50,067 nt of DNA from Candidatus Hebobacteria bacterium (lineage in GTDB: Bacteria; Armatimonadota; Hebobacteria; Hebobacterales; Hebobacteraceae). Under the pieces are notes generated by a model. The model was not told the origin of the DNA, made no database searches, and saw only the letters and a list, made by a program, of their open reading frames with translations. Positions 44,376 to 50,067 of the stretch are shown here, piece after piece. Positions within the stretch are counted from its first letter, which is position 1. Each line of letters begins with the position of its first letter. The position numbers were made by a program, and so were the translations under genes. The stretch is from assembly GCA_029821885.1 (NCBI GenBank), contig JALGXV010000003.1, forward strand, positions 1 to 50,067. The letters run 5' to 3'.

Positions 44376-44504
44376 TTGATCGTGTTGATCGTCGTGCTGC
44401 TGCTCTGCATGTGGATGCTGTACCGGCTCTTCATCGGGATCCCGCCGGCCCCCCCGCCGGAGGTGAAGCAGGGAACAGCGATCCCCGCCCTCAGGGCCGT
44501 GTAG
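44376..44504 (+). CDS. Possible small single-TM protein (unlisted ORF under 60 aa)
   Basis: Reads (L)IVLIVVLLLCMWMLYRLFIGIPPAPPPEVKQGTAIPALRAV. Possible starts are TTG 44376, GTG 44382, GTG 44394 and ATG 44409. The RBS is weak. Evidence is hydrophobicity plus G/C-rich third positions only. Confidence 0.25.
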   Translation: MIVLIVVLLLCMWMLYRLFIGIPPAPPPEVKQGTAIPALRAV

Positions 44505-44522
44505 CCGCCGCGAGAAGCAGCT

Positions 44523-45581
44523 CTATTCGCACCACCGCACGGCGTTCTCGATCAGCTCTCGCCCCTCGGATTCGTTCTCGCACCCGATGTTGAGGAGCAG
44601 ACGTCGCGGGTCGAACTCGCGGCAGGCTGCTTCTAACTCCTCGGGCCTGATTACGAACGTGACCGAGACCCCGGCCTCCTGGATCTCCCTCAGCATCCTC
44701 TTGTGTCGGAGCGCGCTCGTGCCCGGCTCAGGCACCCACTGTATGCAGCGGAGGTTCTCCTGTGCAAGGAGCGCCGGCACGTGCGCCTCGGTCCCGATGC
44801 CGTCGAGGTGGAAGCATCCCTCGTCGAGGATCTTGTATGTGTCGCCCAGCTCCTCGACGAATAGGTCGGCGAAGAGCTCCGGCGAGATCATAGAGTTGAA
44901 GTCACACTGGGTCATGTAGGTTCGACCGCGCGACAAGACGGGCCACCACGGAGTCGTGACGTCCTGCCGTCCTCTGAAGCACGCGTAGTTTGCCTCGAAG
45001 GCCTCCACCCAGAGCCGGTGGCCGTGCGCCACTGCCTGCTTGACCAAGTCCAGGCGCTCTATGCAGTCGACGAGCAGCTGCTCGGTGCCGATGGCGCTGG
45101 CGACGACGTCCGCGACTCCGCCGATGTCGGTGAAGCTGACGACAAGCTCGTCACCCAGCTCTTCGAGCAGCGCGTTGGTGGTACGCATGATCGCAGTCCA
45201 CCACTTGCCGTCTGGCTGGAAGCGCAGACTGGCGAACTCGCTGATGTCCGATAGGAACTCGCGGAACCATGTTGTGTCCATGGAGCTGAAGTCCGCGTCG
45301 CCGCCAATGCACGCGTGGAGAACTCCCGGGCCGAAGTTCAGGAAGAAGTGCGGGTAGCCCTCTGCGAGATGGGCGGTCCGGGCCAGCCTGTGGCGCGCCT
45401 GAGCAACCATGTTCTCGGGCAGAATGCGGTCCGCCGGGTTGCTGAAGTCGGGCGGCGGCACCGAGTCGTCGGGTTCGTCCTTGGGCGCGGTGATGAACAG
45501 CAGCGGCCGGTCGGTGTCTGCTCCCTCCCAGAACCGGTCAAACCGCTCGCAGATCTGTGGGTGGTTCTCACAGAATTGCAT
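44523..45581 (-). CDS. Hypothetical protein, possibly uroporphyrinogen-decarboxylase-like (URO-D/MtaA-like) TIM barrel
   Basis: 352 aa with clean coding statistics. The functional call rests only on overall resemblance (DRPLLFITAP..., C-terminal VTFVIRPEE). Low confidence in function. Confidence 0.55.
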   Translation of the reverse strand: MQFCENHPQICERFDRFWEGADTDRPLLFITAPKDEPDDSVPPPDFSNPADRILPENMVAQARHRLARTAHLAEGYPHFFLNFGPGVLHACIGGDADFSSMDTTWFREFLSDISEFASLRFQPDGKWWTAIMRTTNALLEELGDELVVSFTDIGGVADVVASAIGTEQLLVDCIERLDLVKQAVAHGHRLWVEAFEANYACFRGRQDVTTPWWPVLSRGRTYMTQCDFNSMISPELFADLFVEELGDTYKILDEGCFHLDGIGTEAHVPALLAQENLRCIQWVPEPGTSALRHKRMLREIQEAGVSVTFVIRPEELEAACREFDPRRLLLNIGCENESEGRELIENAVRWCE

Positions 45582-45679
45582 GGCCGTCAGCTCCTAACTC
45601 GGGGCGTGATACGACGCGGGCTCGGACATGACCTTCCCGGGGGGCCGGCGGGGGCTGATGTCCCCGCTGTGATACCGGG

Positions 45680-45708
45680 TTGACATCTCGACCCGCGCGG
45701 AGTACCAT
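45680..45708 (+). promoter_or_regulatory. Sigma70-like promoter with no ORF immediately downstream
   Basis: A perfect TTGACA (45680-45685), a 17-nt spacer, then TACCAT (45703-45708). Confidence 0.5.
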
Positions 45709-45714
45709 CTCTCC

Positions 45715-45904
45715 ACTGAATGATTGAGCGAGGCCCTATGCCGGATTGACGGGTGGACGCAAACGCTGAGGTCGAGAAGCAGGCGCTCCTGCGCCGAGTG
45801 CGCTGGCGTGCATCAGCGATGTGTCTACCCGGAGAGAACGGCAGGGCTGTTTAGCTTCAACCAGTCAAACGCCGCCGGTCTTCTTCCGTAGACCGGCGGC
45901 GTTT
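45715..45904 (+). ncRNA. Candidate structured non-coding RNA or rpmB leader (class unknown)
   Basis: Nested long-range helices: 45724-45729/45854-45860, 45733-45736/45844-45847, 45739-45743/45839-45843, 45751-45758/45823-45830 and 45764-45769/45813-45818. An apical hairpin spans 45782-45795. The element ends in a terminator hairpin. No credible ORF. Confidence 0.4.
45867..45904 (+). terminator. Intrinsic terminator-like hairpin
   Basis: AAACGCCGCCGGTCT, loop tcttccgt, then AGACCGGCGGCGTTT (a 15-bp perfect stem), followed by CTTATGAT. Confidence 0.65.
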
Positions 45905-45917
45905 CTTATGATCCCTG

Positions 45918-45944
45918 CTCGTTCTCCGGAGGGAGGAGAACGAG
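45918..45944 (+). promoter_or_regulatory. Perfect 10-bp hairpin presenting the rpmB Shine-Dalgarno, abutting the start codon
   Basis: CTCGTTCTCC (45918-45927), loop GGAGGGA, then GGAGAACGAG (45935-45944). The ATG is at 45945. Confidence 0.5.
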
Positions 45945-46178
45945 ATGTCACGGGTCTGCGATATCTGCGGCAAAGGGCCGCTGACGGGTTCGAGAGTCTC
46001 CCGGCGCGGTAAGCCCAAGCGCGAGGGAGGAGTCGGCTCCCGCGTCGTCAAGCGCACGCTCCGACGCCAGTTGCCGAACTTGCAGACGGTCAGGGCCTCC
46101 GTCAACGGCCGCGTCCTGCGTCTGAGAGTCTGCACCAAGTGCCTGAAGGCTGGCAGGGCGGAGCGGCCCAGCCGCTGA
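45945..46178 (+). CDS. rpmB: 50S ribosomal protein L28 (zinc-ribbon C+ form)
   Basis: MSRVCDICGKGPLTGSRVS...NLQTVRA..NGRV.RLRVCTKCLK. Both CxxC pairs are present. Confidence 0.9.
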   Translation: MSRVCDICGKGPLTGSRVSRRGKPKREGGVGSRVVKRTLRRQLPNLQTVRASVNGRVLRLRVCTKCLKAGRAERPSR

Positions 46179-46188
46179 GGCACTCTCC

Positions 46189-46221
46189 AGCGAAGGGCGG
46201 GCGGCGATCCCGCCCTTCGCT
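46189..46221 (+). terminator. Hairpin after rpmB (terminator-like, weak U tract)
   Basis: AGCGAAGGGCGGG, loop cggcgat, then CCCGCCCTTCGCT (a 13-bp perfect stem), followed by GTTGGAC. Confidence 0.5.
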
Positions 46222-46302
46222 GTTGGACGGCCGGCGTTGCTGTCGACGAGCCGGACGCGGCCATGGAGGATCGCGTCGGGACCCCGACGAAATCGCGTTG
46301 GG

Positions 46303-46899
46303 ATGTCAGACAAGGAAGGGATGACTCCGAGAGGACCGCTTCCGGGCAGCATGCACCGGGCGCTGTGCCTGATTGCAGACACGTTGCCCCAGCCAGGAGT
46401 GGCGTGGGCCCTCGGCGGCGGCGTGGCGCGCTGGCTCCGTGGCTTCGACGTGGTGCCGCAGGACGTCGACGTCGATGTGCCCCAAGAGCACGAGCGTGCG
46501 GTGACCCGCTCCCTCGAGGGCTACCAGGTCTCGCCACCGCACCACACTGACGTCCCCGGCTGGCTGAGCAAGATCGGGCACTACGAGCTCTGTGGGGCGC
46601 GTGTCGACATCTGTGTCGACTGCGAGATACGGGTGGGCGAATCGCACTACGTTGGCTGCTTCTCTCGGTACCTCGATCGGATCGCGTTCTTTCCTCTCGG
46701 TGACCGACGCCTGCCGGTGATCCCACTGGAGGAGTCGCTGCTCGTCTCGCTCCTCATGGAGAGGTGGGAGAAGCTGCAAGAGATCACCGCTTCTCCCGCG
46801 TTCGAGTCTAGCTTCGATGTGGCATGCTTTCGCGATCGGGCCGCCGAGACCAACATCCCGCAGAGGGTGTTGGACCGCTTCCTGTCGCTGGCACTCTAG
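46303..46899 (+). CDS. Hypothetical protein with nucleotidyltransferase-fold-like N-terminus (Lnu/ANT(2'')-like)
   Basis: VAWALGGGVARWLRGFDVVPQDVDVDV resembles the G-G...D-x-D minimal NTase motif. The start is uncertain (ATG 46303 or 46321). Confidence 0.5.
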   Translation: MSDKEGMTPRGPLPGSMHRALCLIADTLPQPGVAWALGGGVARWLRGFDVVPQDVDVDVPQEHERAVTRSLEGYQVSPPHHTDVPGWLSKIGHYELCGARVDICVDCEIRVGESHYVGCFSRYLDRIAFFPLGDRRLPVIPLEESLLVSLLMERWEKLQEITASPAFESSFDVACFRDRAAETNIPQRVLDRFLSLAL

Positions 46900-46918
46900 G
46901 GCACCCGAGCGTCACTGC

Positions 46919-47494
46919 TCACTCCACTTCGGGTGGGTTGGCCTTCAGGTGCTCCTCCTTGAACTGCCCCACCAGGTAGGCGAGCTTGTCGTCCACTCGT
47001 TGGCGCATCGACTCATTCAGTCCGGTTATCAGGATGCTGCGGTGCCACGTCATGCCGGTCGTCAGGATCGGCTTGCCGGAGGGCAGCGGCCGCCGCACCG
47101 ATACCGGCTGATTGAGGCTGATGGCGAGGTTGGTAGCAGAAGTATCCCTGTTCGCCTCTGCGTCTGCGATGAGGTGACCGACGGCGATTACGAGCAGGCG
47201 AGGAGTCTGGCTTGATCCTTGCCCCTCGACGAGCACCAGTCCCGGCGCGTCCTTCACCAGTTCCTCTACCCTCTGCTTGAGTTTGGCCTCGTCGAGGCCG
47301 ACCAGCTCTCGCCAGTCGACGCCGCCGGCCAGGTGCACCTGTACCTGCACTTCGGACAAGCCCTCCATGCCGCCGCTGCTGATTGTCACCTGGGGTGCGC
47401 CGGCCGCGCTCGGCTCCGCGGCACGGCTGCAGAGCGGCGCGGCCGTGAACGCAGTGCAGGCGACAGCGAAGGTCAGGAATCTCAGGGCGCGCAT
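46919..47494 (-). CDS. Secreted hypothetical protein
   Basis: I trimmed to ATG 47494 (GGGAGGGG RBS). The signal peptide is MRALRFLTFAVACTAFTAAPLCSRAA. No family recognised. Confidence 0.6.
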   Translation of the reverse strand: MRALRFLTFAVACTAFTAAPLCSRAAEPSAAGAPQVTISSGGMEGLSEVQVQVHLAGGVDWRELVGLDEAKLKQRVEELVKDAPGLVLVEGQGSSQTPRLLVIAVGHLIADAEANRDTSATNLAISLNQPVSVRRPLPSGKPILTTGMTWHRSILITGLNESMRQRVDDKLAYLVGQFKEEHLKANPPEVE

Positions 47495-47519
47495 GTTCCC
47501 CTCCCAGTTGCTCGGCAGA

Positions 47520-48071
47520 TCATTCGAGGTTCGCGTGACGTGTGTCCATCTTCTCGGCTGCTTGGTCCAGCTTGCGCTGCAGCTGAAGGGCCACGGCATC
47601 CAGCACGAGGAGAGCGGCCTGCTCGAAGAGCGATCGGCCGTACTGGGCCGAGCCGCCTTGCCCGGCGGAGCCGTGTGCGGCCGGGATGACCAGCACGATA
47701 TCGGCCGCGGCTGCTAGAGGCGATCCCTCGGCCGCAGTGACGGCCGCGACGCGACCGCCGGCCTCCTTCGCTAGGCGCGCCACGGTGCAGGTGAGGTCGG
47801 TCTCGCCGCTGCCGGACACGGCTATCAGCAGATTCCCCTCGCCAAAGGCTGGGGTCGTGGTGCCCCCCACGACATGGGCAGCCAGTCCCAGGTGCATGAG
47901 GCGCATGGCGAAGCATCGTGCCACCAGGCCGGAGCGGCCCTCGCCGGTGACGAACACGTCCTTCGATTCCGACAGCAGCCGATGGAGCGCGCCGGCTTGC
48001 CGCTGGCTGACGCCTCCCAGCGTCCGTGTGAGTTCCTCCAGGATCGCCCTCAGAGACTCGTCGAATTCCAT
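47520..48071 (-). CDS. SIS-domain sugar-phosphate isomerase (6-phospho-3-hexuloisomerase-like)
   Basis: VFVTGEGRSGLVARCFAMRLMHLG and LLIAVSGSGET are present. The ~180-aa size is typical of PHI/HxlB. Confidence 0.75.
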   Translation of the reverse strand: MEFDESLRAILEELTRTLGGVSQRQAGALHRLLSESKDVFVTGEGRSGLVARCFAMRLMHLGLAAHVVGGTTTPAFGEGNLLIAVSGSGETDLTCTVARLAKEAGGRVAAVTAAEGSPLAAAADIVLVIPAAHGSAGQGGSAQYGRSLFEQAALLVLDAVALQLQRKLDQAAEKMDTRHANLE

Positions 48072-48254
48072 CCTCTGCCTGCCCGATTGCCCCTCCAGTT
48101 GCCGCCTGTATCAGTTCCAGGTGGGCTGTGGGGCCTCCTTGGGGCGGCACGGACAGCTTGCCTTGGGAGCACGCCAGACAGACGCCCTGGGAATGGTGGG
48201 CTTGGTCGCTATACGTGGAATATCACCAGTAGTTCCAGGGAGGAGAAACGAGTC

Positions 48255-48704
48255 GTGACCTCATGGCCCGTGGACCGGCGCCGCTGCGGGTTCACGCTCA
48301 TTGAGGTGCTTATAGTCGTTACGATAATAGCGATTCTGAGCATACTCGTGATCCCGCGAGCTACCGCGGCGCGACGAAGAGCTAAAGAAGCGCAGCTGAG
48401 AGGCAATCTCAAGCAGCTTCGTGATGGAATCGAGAGATTCGAGGCTACATCGGCCGCCTGGCCACCCTCCCTGTCGGACGTGATGGCAACTGACGGCGGC
48501 GCGATCAGCGCCGACTTCGATGGGCGCGGTGGCTGGGTGGATCGAAGCGCCTACGACGGCCCCTACCTCCTGACCGGCGACGGTCAGCTACCGAACGACC
48601 CTTTCACCGCGGCGGCCGATTGGGATTACGATAACACGACAGGCGCAGTGCACAGCAGCAGCACCCTGGCGTCTCTAAGTGGCCCTATCTACAACACATG
48701 GTGA
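48255..48704 (+). CDS. Prepilin-type N-terminal cleavage/methylation protein, GspG-like pseudopilin
   Basis: I trimmed to GTG 48255 (GGGAGGAG 9 nt upstream). G/FTLIEVLIVVTIIAILS is the class III signal. The body is GspG-like (GPYLL...PNDPF). Confidence 0.8.
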   Translation: MTSWPVDRRRCGFTLIEVLIVVTIIAILSILVIPRATAARRRAKEAQLRGNLKQLRDGIERFEATSAAWPPSLSDVMATDGGAISADFDGRGGWVDRSAYDGPYLLTGDGQLPNDPFTAAADWDYDNTTGAVHSSSTLASLSGPIYNTW

Positions 48705-48920
48705 AAGTGCGTCGGCTAGGCGTGGCCGTCTAGGTCGACGGTGATCTCGAACTCGCAGATTCCCTCGTCGAGGCCCCAGCACTTGCTCTATCGGGTGCGG
48801 GCCGCGCGCGAGCGCCTTCGCGGGATGTCGCTTGGCTTGTTGCGGCGGGCTGCGCGCGCAACATCCCCGGATCATGCCGCCTGAACGCCCAGGCTTGGCC
48901 GCGGCTCAGCACACAGGCTG

Positions 48921-50067
48921 CTAGTTCACCAAGTCGAAGGCTCGCGAGATGTAAGCTGCCATCTGGTCTCGGCTCACGACCTGCTCGGGATGGTAGAGGC
49001 CGTCGTCGTAGCCCTTGACCACACCGTGTTCGGCGCAGTACTCGATATGCTTGCGAGCCCAGAACGTCTCCGGAACGTCGGCGAAGTTGCGCGCTTCGGC
49101 CGGCACGTAGTCGGCGAAGCTCGCCTCTCCCACGGGAGCGACCATGGCGCGTGCGATGTAGACGGCCATCTGGTCGCGGGTCACCTCGTGCTCGGGACGG
49201 TAGCTGCCATCTTCGTATCCGTCGACGACCGCCTGGTCAGACGCGTACTCGATGTAGTCCCCAGCCCAGTGCCCCGGGCTGACATCGAGGAAGGTCGGGC
49301 CGCCGGTGTGGTGTGGGACGTTGCTGTCGCCGCCAACCAAGGCACGGGACACGTAGGCGGCCATCTGGTCGCGGCTCACGTGCCAGGTTGGCCGGTAGGT
49401 GCCGTCGCCGTAGCCGTGGACTATATCGCTGTGCATGCAGGCGGCTACATCTTCGATGGCCCAGTGGTCGTTGGGGATGTCGCGTGGCACAACGGTGACA
49501 TTGTCCTGGCCCTCGAAGCAGATGCCACCGTACGTGCTACCGGTCAACGTCGCCCAGCCGGTCGCAAGCTCCGCCCACTCCATTTCCTCGGTGTCGAGGT
49601 GGAGCCTCAGGTCCATCAAGCCGTCTCCGTTCACGTCCTGCTCGTGGGCCATATAGCGCCCGTCGGGCTTCTGCGCGACAGGCGCGCCGGCGAGCAGGAC
49701 CGTGCTCGGGTCTATGTCGGTCGCATCGAAGCTCTCGGAGGAGAACACCGCGACCGGCACGACGCCCTGTGACTTCGGGTTAATGGGGTTGCGCTCGCTG
49801 CCTGGCTTGATGTCGATCTCGACCGGAGTACATTCGTACTCGCTCAGGCCTGTCACCGACGACCAGCTATCCCTGCCTTCGGGTCGACTCGTTACATTTG
49901 TGAGCCCGGTGCCGTCGCGGCTCACTACCCAGATGTCCGTCTCCTCGACCGGGGATCCGTGCACCCGTCGAGTGAAGTAGATCTGCTCCCCTGAAGGCGA
50001 CCAGTCCGGGTAAGCGTCTGCGGTTCCGGTGTTGCCGATCACTGAATCCGAAGTGACCTGCTCTCCA
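48921..50067 (-). CDS. Cell-surface protein: TolB-like beta-propeller repeats (N-terminus outside window) plus three C-terminal SLH domains
   Basis: The frame stays open upstream of the listed GTG 50042 to the window edge. YPDWSPSGEQIYF is a propeller repeat. Three SLH units carry (G)Y.DG.Y.P...V(S/T)RDQMA(A/V)Y(V/I).RA within 48924..49478. Confidence 0.85.
   Translation of the reverse strand, partial: GEQVTSDSVIGNTGTADAYPDWSPSGEQIYFTRRVHGSPVEETDIWVVSRDGTGLTNVTSRPEGRDSWSSVTGLSEYECTPVEIDIKPGSERNPINPKSQGVVPVAVFSSESFDATDIDPSTVLLAGAPVAQKPDGRYMAHEQDVNGDGLMDLRLHLDTEEMEWAELATGWATLTGSTYGGICFEGQDNVTVVPRDIPNDHWAIEDVAACMHSDIVHGYGDGTYRPTWHVSRDQMAAYVSRALVGGDSNVPHHTGGPTFLDVSPGHWAGDYIEYASDQAVVDGYEDGSYRPEHEVTRDQMAVYIARAMVAPVGEASFADYVPAEARNFADVPETFWARKHIEYCAEHGVVKGYDDGLYHPEQVVSRDQMAAYISRAFDLVN

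Noticed and set aside
45715-45866. Assignment of the structured RNA to SRP RNA, 6S RNA, c-di-GMP-I, ZTP, glycine or ykkC riboswitch classes
   Set aside because: It lacks the SRP GGAA/AGCA domain IV motif. A ~140-nt rod without a large central bubble is atypical for 6S RNA. Only short partial matches exist to the riboswitch consensus boxes (GGACGCAAA, GGTCGAGAAGC, CCCGGAGAGA). These cannot be called without covariance-model scoring.
45857-46726. 289-aa minus-strand ORF spanning rpmB
   Set aside because: It is antisense to rpmB and the downstream gene, and it is arginine/serine/proline-rich. It is a shadow ORF.
1-50067. Search for CRISPR repeats, IS elements or transposases, integrases, phage genes, rRNA and long direct or inverted repeats
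   Set aside because: Nothing was seen by eye. No regularly spaced repeats, no DDE or tyrosine-recombinase-like ORFs, and no flanking repeats around any gene block. A computational repeat search (dot-plot, minced, ISEScan) would be needed to exclude short or degenerate elements.

Overview
This is a visibly high-GC bacterial chromosomal segment; true genes have predominantly G/C third codon positions, and long R/P/G/A-rich shadow ORFs lie antisense to them. I support about 48 protein-coding genes, one tRNA-Leu(CAG), one truncated pseudogene, several sigma70-like promoters and two intrinsic-terminator-like hairpins. I saw no rRNA, CRISPR array, transposase, integrase or phage genes. The ORF track starts each ORF at the first ATG, GTG or TTG, so many listed ORFs carry spurious 5' extensions. 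I trimmed these using RBS position, signal peptides and family N-termini.

Content from left to right:
- HpcH/HpaI aldolase.
- Two translationally coupled secreted TIM-barrel-like proteins.
- A small lipoprotein pair and a SurA/PrsA-like PPIase.
- A rhodanese plus MauE/DoxX pair.
- A nucleotide-sugar cluster on the minus strand: RmlC-like cupin, KpsF/GutQ-type isomerase, a phosphomannomutase remnant, mannose-1-P guanylyltransferase and a DUF4091 protein.
- tRNA-Leu and tatA transcribed from back-to-back promoters, then cspA.
- MtaD deaminase and a 1171-aa secreted multidomain protein.
- GNAT and HAD genes.
- A DUF2723/TPR membrane glycosyltransferase-like protein.
- A zinc-ribbon-GspF-like protein and MtnA.
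- A long minus-strand envelope/translation operon: secA, prfB with a programmed +1 frameshift, PBP1A, an M50 site-2 protease and an L,D-transpeptidase.
- A Mut7-C nuclease coupled to a transglutaminase-like membrane protein, then rpsT.
- A glycogen cluster: C26 amidotransferase, glgA, GH15 and a GH57 branching enzyme.
- A LysM protein and rpmB.
- A SIS/PHI-like isomerase, a lone pseudopilin and an SLH-anchored beta-propeller protein that runs off the window.

I did not find a clear-cut complete novel multi-gene system. The best candidates for new biology are:
- An orphan promoter driving a ~190-nt structured RNA with a terminator and an SD-presenting hairpin upstream of rpmB.
- The coupled Mut7-C plus transglutaminase/PH-like membrane pair.
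- The zinc-ribbon-fused orphan GspF-like protein.
- A twin Cx9C mini-protein next to tatA.
- Two large insertions in SecA.

All family assignments come from motif recognition by eye and need HMM or BLAST confirmation.
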